Of a DNA stretch of 64,000 nt, positions 48,507 through 58,001 are shown piece by piece (the first letter of the stretch is position 1; every line of letters starts with the position of its first letter). Source of the DNA: Mucilaginibacter sp. GTDB lineage: Bacteria > Bacteroidota > Bacteroidia > Sphingobacteriales > Sphingobacteriaceae. The notes below the pieces were generated by a model. That model saw only the letters and a list, made by a program, of their open reading frames with translations, was not told the DNA's origin and did no database searches. The DNA lies in the NCBI GenBank assembly GCA_035492275.1, contig DATJJI010000163.1:3141-67140 (forward strand), written 5' to 3'. A program made the translations under genes and the position numbers.

Positions 48507-49145
48507 TTATTTTTTTCTGATGAGCAAAAGGCCATCGCGCACGGGAAGTATTAATTTTTCAACCCTTGTGTCAACAGCAATCTGGTCATTTAGTTTGCGG
48601 ATGCCTTCGGTATCGGCGTCTTTTTCGGCGCCGAATACTTTGCCTTTCCACAAAACATTATCAATTATTATTAATCCTCCGGATCTGACTTTGTCAAATA
48701 TTAGTTCAAAGTAACGGTAATTATTCTTTTTATCAGCATCAATAAACACCATATCGAAGCTTTTTTCGTCCATATCGGCTATTATCTGTTCGGCAGCGCC
48801 AAAATGAAGCCTTATCTTTTTTTCCACATTTGTTAAGGAAAAGTGTTGGCGAAGCATTTCTTCCAGCTCCCTGTTAACCTCAATGGTGTGTATTATTCCG
48901 TTCTCCGTTAAGCCTTCGGCCAGGCAAATGGTGGCGTATCCGGTAAAAGTGCCAATCTCCAATATGCGGCCTGGTTGCATCATTTTGCTGAGCATGCTCA
49001 GCACCCGCCCTTGGTAATGGCCCGATAGCATGTGCGGCTTAAGTACCTTTAAATAGGTTTCCCTGTTTATAGTTTGCAGCGCCTGCGGCTCGGGGTCGCA
49101 ATGGTTATCTAAGTACGCTTGAAGGGCGTCGTCTAAAATTTCCAT
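48507..49145 (-). CDS. O-methyltransferase (caffeoyl-CoA OMT/TrmR-like)
   Basis: LEIGTFTGY, FIDADK, DNVLWKG, PVRDG. Confidence 0.92.
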   Translation of the reverse strand: MEILDDALQAYLDNHCDPEPQALQTINRETYLKVLKPHMLSGHYQGRVLSMLSKMMQPGRILEIGTFTGYATICLAEGLTENGIIHTIEVNRELEEMLRQHFSLTNVEKKIRLHFGAAEQIIADMDEKSFDMVFIDADKKNNYRYFELIFDKVRSGGLIIIDNVLWKGKVFGAEKDADTEGIRKLNDQIAVDTRVEKLILPVRDGLLLIRKK

Positions 49146-49198
49146 GGCGCAAAGATACGCATTTTGAATTTAATGGTATTTTGGCCTTGCTTTCTCGT

Positions 49199-49302
49199 CG
49201 TCATTGCGAGCGTAGCGTGGCAATCTCTGCGCGATAGGTATCCTCTAAATTATCCGCCTGGCGTGTAGGGATTGCCACGTCGTTTCACTCCTCGCAATGA
49301 CG
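49199..49302. repeat. REP-like inverted doublet (CGTCATTGCGAG...GCAATC / GATTGC...CTCGCAATGACG)
   Basis: 12-bp terminal inverted repeat plus CGTGGCAATC/GATTGCCACG inner arms. Confidence 0.82.
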
Positions 49303-49306
49303 CACC

Positions 49307-49720
49307 TTAAAAGCGCTTTTCCATCCAACTCTGCAATAAAATCACCGCCGATATATTATCAACCAGCTCTTTATTTTGCCGTGCTTTTTTACCCATACCG
49401 CTTTGAGCAATAACCGCCGATGCCATTTTTGAGGTAAAGCGCTCATCGAGCATCTCGACAGGGGTTTCGGGGAAAGTTTTTTTGAGCAGATTAACAAAGC
49501 CCCTAACATGCTGCGCCGATTGCGATGGCGTATTATCCATTTGCTTGGGCTCGCCAACTATAAAGCGTTCTACCTGTTCGGTTTGCAGGTATTTTTTCAG
49601 GAACCCGATAATTTGGTTAGGGTGGATGGTATCCAGCCCGGTCGCGATGATCTGCAAGGGGTCGGTAACCGCAATGCCGATGCGCTTGGTACCATAATCG
49701 AAAGCCATAATGCGAGGCAT
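49307..49720 (-). CDS. ruvX: Holliday junction resolvase-like / pre-16S rRNA nuclease YqgF
   Basis: AFDYGTKRIGIAVTD, DERFTS, VDNISAVILLQ. Confidence 0.95.
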   Translation of the reverse strand: MPRIMAFDYGTKRIGIAVTDPLQIIATGLDTIHPNQIIGFLKKYLQTEQVERFIVGEPKQMDNTPSQSAQHVRGFVNLLKKTFPETPVEMLDERFTSKMASAVIAQSGMGKKARQNKELVDNISAVILLQSWMEKRF

Positions 49721-49869
49721 AGTGAGTAGTGGGTGGTGAACAGTGAGTAGTTATTTGCAAATGTATTTGTTAATAATGAAAGTTAGGTTATTTGTAAAAT
49801 AAAACGCCGACTGCAAAAAACTCACCACTCCTTATTCACCACTCACTACAAATTATTACCTTGCACCAA

Positions 49870-51015
49870 ATGCAGTTTAAACAAATAGTTGGGCAAGCGG
49901 CCATCAAGCAAAGGCTGATCAATTCGGTAAAAGAGAACCGGGTTAGTCATGCGCAATTATTTCTGGGGCCTGAGGGGAGCGGTGGTTTGGCTTTAGCGGT
50001 GGCTTATGCTCAATATTTGTCGTGTTTAGATCAGCAGCCCGATGATTCGTGCGGCGAATGTTCATCGTGCCGAAAATATCAGAAGCTGATGCACCCCGAT
50101 CTGCATTTTTCGTACCCTTTCTTTGCCAAACATAAAGACGATAATGCGTTAACCTTTATAGAACAGTGGCGCGAGGCTTTCAGCGCGTCGCCATATTTGA
50201 GCCTCGATATCTGGCGCGATTATCTGGATGCCGAGAACAAGCAGGCCAATATCAATATTGCCGAGTGCCACCAGATCATTAAAAAACTCAGCTTTAAGCC
50301 GTTCGAGTCTGATTATAAGATCATGATATTGTGGCTGCCTGAGTATTTAGACAAGGAAGGCAACGCGCTGCTCAAAATTATTGAGGAGCCACAGCCAAAC
50401 ACCCTGTTCTTGTTGGTGGCCCAAAACCAGGACCAGATACTCAATACCATATTATCGCGTACCCAGCTCATAAAAGTTCCGGCTTTAGGTTATGAGGATA
50501 TCAAACAAAATTTAATAAGCCACCAGCAGCAAACCGAAAGCGCGGCCGCCGAAATTGCTTATTTAGCCAACGGCAACCTAACCGAGGCACTGGTAATGAT
50601 ACAGCAGGATAACAACAGCTATCATCATCTTTTTGTACAATGGCTGCGCTTGTGTTTCGCCAATAAAGGGATCGAAATTGTGAGCTTTGTTGATCAGCTG
50701 GCTAAAATGGGGCGCGAAAACCAAAAAAATTTTTTACGGTACGGCATTAGTTTTATACGCGAGTGCTGCCTGCTGATAGCCGGGGCTGGCGAGCTGGTAC
50801 ATTTGCCCGCGGCCGAACTGGAAACGGCACAAAAAATGACCGCAATCATGAATGTTTCCATGAATCAGGCCATTATTACCGAGCTGGAAAGGGCGCATTA
50901 TCATGTTGAAAGAAATGCAAACCCTAAAATTTTATTTTTAGATGTATCTTTACAGCTAATCAGTTTTTTAAAACTTAAATCAAGCCCGCAAGGGAATCAA
51001 TATATAGCGAACTAA
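49870..51015 (+). CDS. holB: DNA polymerase III subunit delta'
   Basis: HAQLF.GPEGSG, C..CGECSSC, HPDLHF, NALLKIIEEP, TILSRTQ. Confidence 0.9.
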   Translation: MQFKQIVGQAAIKQRLINSVKENRVSHAQLFLGPEGSGGLALAVAYAQYLSCLDQQPDDSCGECSSCRKYQKLMHPDLHFSYPFFAKHKDDNALTFIEQWREAFSASPYLSLDIWRDYLDAENKQANINIAECHQIIKKLSFKPFESDYKIMILWLPEYLDKEGNALLKIIEEPQPNTLFLLVAQNQDQILNTILSRTQLIKVPALGYEDIKQNLISHQQQTESAAAEIAYLANGNLTEALVMIQQDNNSYHHLFVQWLRLCFANKGIEIVSFVDQLAKMGRENQKNFLRYGISFIRECCLLIAGAGELVHLPAAELETAQKMTAIMNVSMNQAIITELERAHYHVERNANPKILFLDVSLQLISFLKLKSSPQGNQYIAN

Positions 51016-51017
51016 CT

Positions 51018-52352
51018 ATGGGATGTGGAAGTTGTTCAACCGGTGGCGGATGTACACCGGCAGGCTGCAAAAGTAATGGCTCATGCCTTACTAATGGCTG
51101 CAGCAAATTAGATGTTTACGATTGGCTGTCGCAGATGGACATGCCTGTTAATTATAAGCCGTTTTCAATTGTCGAGATAAAATTTAAGGGTTCAAGAAAA
51201 GAGTTCTATTTAAATAACGATAATATTTACATTGAAAATGGCGACCTGGTGGTGGTTGAAGCTGCTACCGGCGGTTATGATATTGGCCACGTATCTGTAA
51301 CCGGCGAACTGGTGCGCATGCAAATGACCAAGCGCCGGGTTAAAGAGGAAGATGTTTTAAAGAAGATATACCGCCGTGCTACCCCTGCCGATGTGGACAA
51401 GTGGAAGGCCGCCAAGGATATAGAATGGGAAACCATGCATAGCGCGCGCAAGCTGGCATTGAGCCTTAACCTGTCAATGAAGCTAAGCGATGTAGATTAC
51501 CAGGCCGATAAAACCAAAGCTACCTTTTATTATACGGCTGAAGGCCGCGTTGATTTCAGGGAACTGATCAAAAAAATGGCGGAAACTTTCCGTATACGTA
51601 TAGAAATGCGCCAGATAGGCATGCGCCAGGAAGCTAGCCGTTTAGGCGGCATTGGCTCATGCGGCCGCGAGCTTTGCTGCTCAACCTGGTTAACCGATTT
51701 TAAAACGGTTTCTACTTCGGCAGCGCGTTACCAAAACCTGTCATTAAATACTTTAAAGCTAGCCGGCCAGTGTGGTAAGCTGAAATGCTGCCTTAACTAC
51801 GAGCTGGATACCTATATGGATGCGCTCAAACACATCCCCGATAATGTTAACTACTTAAAAACCTTAAAGGGTGATGCCCGCCTGCAAAAGACAGACATCT
51901 TTAAAAAGCAGATGTGGTTCAGCTATCCGCGAGAGGAATCGTGGATACCGCTTACCATTGCCCGTGTTAAAGAGATACAGCAAATGAACAAGGAGGGCAT
52001 ATTGCCTGATGATCTGGGCGTTGCTGTTGAAATAGAAACACAATCGATAAAAGTACTGGATTACGAAAATGTGGTCGGGCAGGATAGCCTTACCCGTTTG
52101 GATGAGCGTAACCGCAACAATAAAAAGAAAAATAAGAACCGCAACAAAAACAAACCGAACCCGAATAACCCCAATCAGCAAAACGCCACACCGCGCCCGG
52201 CCAATGCCGCCGCGGGTCAGCCGAATGCGCAGGGGCCAAAGCCAGAGGGCGGCGGTAATAACAACCCTAACCGCAACCGGAACAGACATCATAACAGAAA
52301 TAAACCTAACCGCCCCGATGGCAACAAAGGGGGCGATCAGCCAAAACCATAA
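51018..52352 (+). CDS. ricT: PSP1/RicT (YaaT)-family protein with a low-complexity C-terminal tail
   Basis: GGIGSCGRELCC, LAGQCGKLKCCLNYE, RVDFRELI. Confidence 0.9.
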   Translation: MGCGSCSTGGGCTPAGCKSNGSCLTNGCSKLDVYDWLSQMDMPVNYKPFSIVEIKFKGSRKEFYLNNDNIYIENGDLVVVEAATGGYDIGHVSVTGELVRMQMTKRRVKEEDVLKKIYRRATPADVDKWKAAKDIEWETMHSARKLALSLNLSMKLSDVDYQADKTKATFYYTAEGRVDFRELIKKMAETFRIRIEMRQIGMRQEASRLGGIGSCGRELCCSTWLTDFKTVSTSAARYQNLSLNTLKLAGQCGKLKCCLNYELDTYMDALKHIPDNVNYLKTLKGDARLQKTDIFKKQMWFSYPREESWIPLTIARVKEIQQMNKEGILPDDLGVAVEIETQSIKVLDYENVVGQDSLTRLDERNRNNKKKNKNRNKNKPNPNNPNQQNATPRPANAAAGQPNAQGPKPEGGGNNNPNRNRNRHHNRNKPNRPDGNKGGDQPKP

Positions 52353-52355
52353 GCA

Positions 52356-52832
52356 ATGAAAAGCGCTTTAAATTATTTTTTACTGGGATTGACGGCCTGT
52401 ATATTGCTTTCGGCAGCGGGCTGTACCGACCCTAAAATGGTAGTAGATCAAAATACAGCCATACCTAACCACAACTGGGCCTATTCAAACAAAATAACCA
52501 ATACGGTTAAAATTGATGACGAAACCGTCCCGTACAACCTGTACATGAACCTGCGGATAGGCGGCGGCTATAAATACTCGAACCTTTTTGTGCTGATATA
52601 CCAGGCTGGTACCGATAAAAAAGCGGTACGCTACGAGTTTAAGCTGGCTAACCCAGATGGCGAATGGCTGGGCCAGGGATCTGGAAATTTGTATAGCTAC
52701 CAGGTACCTTTCCGCCAAAACTATAAATTCCCGGCAAAGGGCACCTATACCTTTACCATCGAACAAAATATGCGCGATAACCCGCTGCATGAAGTGAGCG
52801 ATGTTGGCCTGCGGGTTGAAAAGGCGCAGTAA
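52356..52832 (+). CDS. gldH: Gliding motility lipoprotein GldH
   Basis: Lipobox AAGC, YKYSNLF, LANPDGEWLG.G.G, EQNMR, DVGLRVEK. Confidence 0.92.
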   Translation: MKSALNYFLLGLTACILLSAAGCTDPKMVVDQNTAIPNHNWAYSNKITNTVKIDDETVPYNLYMNLRIGGGYKYSNLFVLIYQAGTDKKAVRYEFKLANPDGEWLGQGSGNLYSYQVPFRQNYKFPAKGTYTFTIEQNMRDNPLHEVSDVGLRVEKAQ

Positions 52833-52880
52833 TTTTACAAACCCATACGGCTACTGTTTGTTGTTGAATAAATTGCCGAC

Positions 52881-53129
52881 ATGAAAAAGATATTTGTTGC
52901 TTTAGCCATAACCCTTGTTGTTTCATTTACCGCCTGTAACAGCGCGCATAATAAAACCGGCGGCGCCACCCGCGACTCGAGCGCGAGCCATGGCAATTCG
53001 GGGCCAGATACCGCTTTCGGCGCCGGGGTGCCCGAAGCACAATCAACCAGCGGAACCGATACCAGTACAGACGGGCATGATGTTGATGCTCCCGTTGCCG
53101 ATACGGTTAAACCCAAAAAACACCATTGA
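52881..53129 (+). CDS. Small hypothetical lipoprotein
   Basis: MKKIFVALAITLVVSFTAC lipobox; disordered body. Confidence 0.7.
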   Translation: MKKIFVALAITLVVSFTACNSAHNKTGGATRDSSASHGNSGPDTAFGAGVPEAQSTSGTDTSTDGHDVDAPVADTVKPKKHH

Positions 53130-53273
53130 TTTTGATGTGCAGATGCGTGAATATGCAGATGTGCGGATGGGTCGGCCTGATTTAAGGTTACGTTAAAATA
53201 TTAACATTCCTGAACATTTTATTTTCATTCGCACATTTTTTCCTACTTTCGTTTTGCTAATATTTTTATCAAA

Positions 53274-54662
53274 ATGACCGTTGCCGTATTAATTGTTTCG
53301 CTTGTGCTCTTGCTGGTTTCTGTAATGCTTTTTTTAAAGCGGCCAACTACTGCTGATGGTATTTCGGCGGATGAATTTAACCGCCTTAAAAATGATAACA
53401 GCGCGCTAAGTATAACTTTAGCCAAAGCCGAAGAACGGGCCCTGGGTTTAAGTTTGGAGCGCGATAAGGCCGATAAACAATTACAGGACGAACGCGAACG
53501 TTATGATAATGCCATCAATACCCTTAACCAAGAGCTGCTGGCCGAAAAAAATCGCATGGCAAAAGCCGAGGAGGCCTTTAAGGCCCAGCGCGAACGCCTG
53601 ACAGACCAGGAAAAAAGCATCCAGGAAATACAGCAAAAGTTTCAGAAAGAGTTTGAGAATGTGGCCGAAAAGCTGCTAAAAGAGAAATCGAAAGAGTTTA
53701 TTGATGTAAACCGCAATAACCTCGACACTATATTAAATCCGCTTAAAGAAAATTTGAAGGCCTTTGAGGATAAGGTAGATAAGGTTTACAATATGGAGGC
53801 TGCCGAGCGCAACACCATGAAAGGCGTGATCACGCAACTAATGGAACTTAACAAGCAGATTAGTGACGAAGCCCAAAACCTGACCAAAGCCTTAAAGGGC
53901 GACAATAAAAAACAAGGCAACTGGGGAGAGGTTATTTTAGAGCGTGTTTTAGAACGCTCGGGCTTGGTTAAGGACCGCGAATATCGCCTGCAGGCCAGTC
54001 TTACCGGCACCGACGGCAGCCGCTTACAGCCCGATGTAATTATTGACTTACCGGATGAAAAGCATTTGATCATCGACTCGAAAGTATCCCTGATAGCTTA
54101 CGAGCGCCTGGTGAATTGCGAAACCGAGGATGAGCGCAAGCTGTTCTCAAAGGCGCATGTTGAATCTATCCGCAGCCATGTGCATGGCTTATCTTCAAAA
54201 AACTATCATGATCTGTATCAGATCAACTCGCCCGATTTTGTGCTTTTGTTTATCCCGATTGAATCATCGTTCAGCTTCGCGGTACAGATAGACGCGGAAC
54301 TGTTTAGCGATGCCTGGGATAAACGGGTGGTAATCGTTAGTCCGTCGACCCTGCTGGCTACGCTTCGCACTATTGCCAGTATATGGAAACAGGAGCGCCA
54401 AAATCGCAACGTGCTCGAAATTGCCCGGTTAAGCGGCGCCATGTATGATAAGTTTGTAGGCTTTGTGAACGACATGGAAGGCATCGGCAAAAACATCAAG
54501 CTGAGCCAAAACGCCTACGATAACGCCATCAATAAACTAACCGAAGGCAACGGCAATTTGGCCAAAACCGCCGAAAGGATCAAGGGACTGGGTGCCAAAG
54601 CAAATAAGCAGTTAGATCAGAAATATATTGAGATTGGCGATGATGAAGCGCCTGCAGAATAG
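53274..54662 (+). CDS. rmuC: DNA recombination protein RmuC
   Basis: TM anchor, coiled coil, QGNWGE, PDVII.LP, IDSKVSL, DFVLLFIPIE. Confidence 0.95.
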   Translation: MTVAVLIVSLVLLLVSVMLFLKRPTTADGISADEFNRLKNDNSALSITLAKAEERALGLSLERDKADKQLQDERERYDNAINTLNQELLAEKNRMAKAEEAFKAQRERLTDQEKSIQEIQQKFQKEFENVAEKLLKEKSKEFIDVNRNNLDTILNPLKENLKAFEDKVDKVYNMEAAERNTMKGVITQLMELNKQISDEAQNLTKALKGDNKKQGNWGEVILERVLERSGLVKDREYRLQASLTGTDGSRLQPDVIIDLPDEKHLIIDSKVSLIAYERLVNCETEDERKLFSKAHVESIRSHVHGLSSKNYHDLYQINSPDFVLLFIPIESSFSFAVQIDAELFSDAWDKRVVIVSPSTLLATLRTIASIWKQERQNRNVLEIARLSGAMYDKFVGFVNDMEGIGKNIKLSQNAYDNAINKLTEGNGNLAKTAERIKGLGAKANKQLDQKYIEIGDDEAPAE

Positions 54663-54693
54663 ATTTGACAACTTTTAGAAAGTTGTCAAATCT
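54661..54693. terminator. Perfect hairpin between convergent genes
   Basis: AGATTTGACAACTTT-tag-AAAGTTGTCAAATCT. Confidence 0.65.
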
Positions 54694-54722
54694 TAAAAAT
54701 AATCTCTTAGTGATCGGGCTGA

Positions 54723-55564
54723 CTATTTACCTATATCATTCTTCATCGCCATTACCATCTTCATTTTTACTTCCATTGGCTTACCTGGCATTTCCATGCT
54801 ATATTTCATATCCAGAATGTTATTCAGTGTGATGAAATTATTTTCGGCTATGTTATATACCATTTTGCCGCTACCAGTGCCGTTACCGGTCATTGTTTTT
54901 CCTGTTTTAGCAATATCGCCGCCAAAGGCCATGTCAACTTTTGTGTCAAAAAAAGCCAAGTTTCCTTTAACTGCGGTTAGTTTATAGGTTGTTTTAGCTT
55001 TTACACCCATATTCATATGGCCTGTAGGCATATTGATCGGCGCATCCTGGGTAAATGATTCACCTACAACTAACGCTTTTGTCGGAAATTTTATTTGATC
55101 CTGCATATGGTTCATCATCTGCACCAGACCGATTTTTGTCGTCTCTTTTGCATCTGCCGATTTAATTGTATTTACATGCATTCTTCCATCGGCATCGCAT
55201 TGCCCGTAATCACTTGCCCGGCCATCGGGCTTTTCATATTTTGCAGATTTGATTGCGCCCCATTTATTTTGGCATTTATTTTCATATCAACAATCTGCAT
55301 TTTTATAGGAAAAGTATGGTCGGCCTTAGCCGCGCCCGTAGTTACTATTGATTGTATAGTGGTATTTGACGTTTGTTTACGAACCTTGGGCATCGACTTA
55401 ATTTCTTCACCTGTTGGCATAGCCATTTCCATATTTGTCTCCACATTCATGCTCATTTTGTAAACATGGTTGGGCAAATATTTAATTTTAAATAGTATAG
55501 GTTGCTGGGCTTTTACCGATACGGCCAAAAGCGACAAAGCGAGTACGCGGGCAAGAGTTTTCAT
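54723..55564 (-). pseudogene. Secreted hypothetical protein split by a one-base frameshift
   Basis: ...CAA GTG ATT ACG GGC AA TGC GAT GCC GAT GGA AGA ATG CAT...; adding one base near 55201 joins ORFs 55172-55564 and 54723-55181 (QVITG-x-CDADGRMHV). Confidence 0.7.
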
Positions 55565-55650
55565 TTGATACAGATTTTAGGTTTAATTATTATATAATAT
55601 TAGCCAAAAAAATATCGATACAAAGAATTATTTTGATGGGACAATTATTA

Positions 55651-55666
55651 ATCGTAATATTGCGAT
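55651..55666. promoter_or_regulatory. ArsR operator palindrome ATCGTAATATTGCGAT
   Basis: Near-perfect palindrome just before the arsR start; second copy ATCGCAATATTACAAT at 56020-56035. Confidence 0.8.
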
Positions 55667-55669
55667 ATA

Positions 55670-55999
55670 ATGGGGGCTACTAAAACAGAAATATTCTCGA
55701 AACAGCAAAATGAACTGGCTTTGCTATTAAAAGCGATGGCGCATCCGGCGCGTATTGCTATACTGCAGCATATAATGGCTGCAAACTCCTGCATATGCGG
55801 CGATCTGGTTGATGAATTGGGCCTGGCACAGGCAACGATATCGCAGCACCTTAAAGAGCTAAAAAATGCAGGCATCATACAGGGCAGTATTGAGGGTGTT
55901 AAAGTTTGTTACTGCATTGATGCGAAAGCCTGGAAACTTTTACAATCTGAGCTGGGTGCATTTTTTGGAACTTATAAAGTTCCGGTATCCTGCTGCTAA
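55670..55999 (+). CDS. arsR: ArsR/SmtB metalloregulator
   Basis: KAMAHPARIAIL, SCICGDLV, QATISQHLKELK, VCYC, C-terminal CC. Confidence 0.93.
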   Translation: MGATKTEIFSKQQNELALLLKAMAHPARIAILQHIMAANSCICGDLVDELGLAQATISQHLKELKNAGIIQGSIEGVKVCYCIDAKAWKLLQSELGAFFGTYKVPVSCC

Positions 56000-56033
56000 A
56001 AAATTTTTTTGAGTTTTTAATCGCAATATTACA

Positions 56034-56204
56034 ATGAATGCGTTTTTAAAAATTGTTAAATCTTATCCTTTATTAACATTATTATTAATGCTGCGTCAGT
56101 ATAAAAAGCAAATTATTATTACCACTTCGGTAATAGCCTTACAGTTAATTTTTGGTTGGGATGCAAAGTTTTGCATCATTAACCTGATTTGGTTATTCGT
56201 TTAA
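56034..56204 (+). CDS. Small hydrophobic protein (56 aa) inside the ars operon
   Basis: MNAFLKIVKSYPLLTLLLMLRQYKKQIIITTSVIALQLIFGWDAKFCIINLIWLFV*. Fills the arsR-arsC gap; ATG abuts the second operator. Confidence 0.6.
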   Translation: MNAFLKIVKSYPLLTLLLMLRQYKKQIIITTSVIALQLIFGWDAKFCIINLIWLFV

Positions 56205-56213
56205 ATATAATTT

Positions 56214-56627
56214 ATGAAAAAAGTATTGGTGCTATGTACCGGAAACAGCTGCCGAAGTCAGATAGCAGAGGGTTATTTAAAACATTTTGCCCGCCATGCC
56301 GCAATAATATACAGTGCTGGTATTGAAACCCATGGTGTTAATCCAAAAGCTATCGAAGTAATGAAAATGGATGGGATTGATATATCCCATCATACATCAA
56401 ACAATATCAACGAATACCTAGATGTTAATTTTGACTACGTAATAACCGTATGCGATAATGCCCGGGAAAGCTGTCCGTATTTTCCAACAAGCGCGGTTAA
56501 ACTACACTATAATTTTCCCGATCCGGCAAAAGCTGTGGGCACTCCGGAGCAAATAATGGCTGAGTTTGTAGCTGTACGTGATATGATAAAAGGTTATGTA
56601 CAGGATTTTGTGAATGATTATTTATAA
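56214..56627 (+). CDS. arsC: Thioredoxin-type arsenate reductase (LMW-PTP fold)
   Basis: CTGNSCRSQ, TVCD..RESCP.FP, F.DPA. Confidence 0.93.
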   Translation: MKKVLVLCTGNSCRSQIAEGYLKHFARHAAIIYSAGIETHGVNPKAIEVMKMDGIDISHHTSNNINEYLDVNFDYVITVCDNARESCPYFPTSAVKLHYNFPDPAKAVGTPEQIMAEFVAVRDMIKGYVQDFVNDYL

Positions 56628-56638
56628 TTAAAAAATAG

Positions 56639-56720
56639 CTTGTCATTTCTCCCAATGGTCGAAATGACAAGTATGTGTTAGCGAGTTTAGAGATTGCCAC
56701 GCTATCGCTCGCAATGACGT
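56639..56720. repeat. Two REP-like units
   Basis: CTTGTCATTTC..GAAATGACAAG hairpin (same family as 3993-4107) and GAGATTGCCACGCTATCGCTCGCAATGACG (same family as 49199-49302). Confidence 0.75.
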
Positions 56721-56727
56721 GGTTTTA

Positions 56728-57789
56728 TTAATTCTCTTTTTTATCTTCTTCTTTCGGAAAAGCGTTCCAGCCCTGCGCTTTCAGCGGATGTATGTTGCCT
56801 GATTTGGTAATTAAATTACAGCCCGATGCCGGTTCGGTGATGTGGCCAATAATGGTGACATCCATTTTAAACTTGATCTTTTCGTAATCAGCCTGTTTTA
56901 TGGTGAATAGCAACTCGTAGTCTTCGCCGCCGCTCAGGGCGCAAATGGTTGGGTCAAGGTTAAACTCGCGGGCAGTTTCGAAGGTCATCGGGTCTAATGG
57001 TATTTTCTCCTCATAAATGCTGCATCCTTTGCTGCTTTGCTTACAAATATGCATGATCTCTGAGGCCAAACCGTCGGATACATCGATCATCGCCGTAGGC
57101 TTGATATCTATTTCCTTTAACAGGTCGATAATATCGCGCCTGGCTTCGGGTTTTAACTGGCGCTCTACAATATAATCTTTACCTTCCAGGTCTGGCTGAA
57201 TATTGGGGTTTTCCAGATAGATCAGTTTTTCGCGCTCCAATAATTGCAAACCTACATAAGCGCCGCCCAAATCGCCCGATACACAGATCAGGTCACCTTC
57301 CTGTGCGCCATTACGGTAAACTATATCTTCTGCATTAGCATAGCCTATAGCGGTTACGCTTAGTACCAAACCTTGTTTTGATGCCGTGGTATCGCCGCCT
57401 ATCAGGTCTACCCCATATTTCTCGCAGGCAATGTAAATTCCTTCATATAGCTCTTCAACCGCTTCTATCGGGAATTTGCTTGACATGCCTATAGATACGG
57501 TTACCTGTGTAGCCATGCCATTCATGGCATAAATATCGCTTAAGTTTACCTGTACCGCTTTATAGCCCAGGTGCTTTAATGGTGTGTAAGCCAGGTCGAA
57601 ATGTATCCCTTCCAGCAGCATATCTGTAGAAACCAGCATACGCTTGCCTTCAAAATCAAGCACGGCGGCATCATCACCAACCCCTTTTATGGTACTTTTT
57701 TGCACCAGTTCAATATTCTTGGTCAGGTGATTAATCAGGCCGAACTCGCCTAAAGCTTCTATATTGGTTTTTTCCTTGTTATCAAACAT
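56728..57789 (-). CDS. thiL: Thiamine-monophosphate kinase
   Basis: GEFGLI, GVGDDAAV, NLSDIYAM, GGDTT, IDVSDGL, GGEDYELLF. Confidence 0.95.
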   Translation of the reverse strand: MFDNKEKTNIEALGEFGLINHLTKNIELVQKSTIKGVGDDAAVLDFEGKRMLVSTDMLLEGIHFDLAYTPLKHLGYKAVQVNLSDIYAMNGMATQVTVSIGMSSKFPIEAVEELYEGIYIACEKYGVDLIGGDTTASKQGLVLSVTAIGYANAEDIVYRNGAQEGDLICVSGDLGGAYVGLQLLEREKLIYLENPNIQPDLEGKDYIVERQLKPEARRDIIDLLKEIDIKPTAMIDVSDGLASEIMHICKQSSKGCSIYEEKIPLDPMTFETAREFNLDPTICALSGGEDYELLFTIKQADYEKIKFKMDVTIIGHITEPASGCNLITKSGNIHPLKAQGWNAFPKEEDKKEN

Positions 57790-58001
57790 AGCTATACGCA
57801 ATATTTTTTGCGAACTGCAAAAATACGAAAGCTAAATGCAAATTCATGCCATCTGTTAAAACAACTTGTAGGTACATTTAATTAATAGATTATCAATTAG
57901 TTCGAAAAATAATTACTTATTCGTCAGTCTTTATCTAAAGTAGAATTATTTAATACAGAATTAACATTTGTTCCCGATATTTACCCGCAAAACAAATATC
58001 T

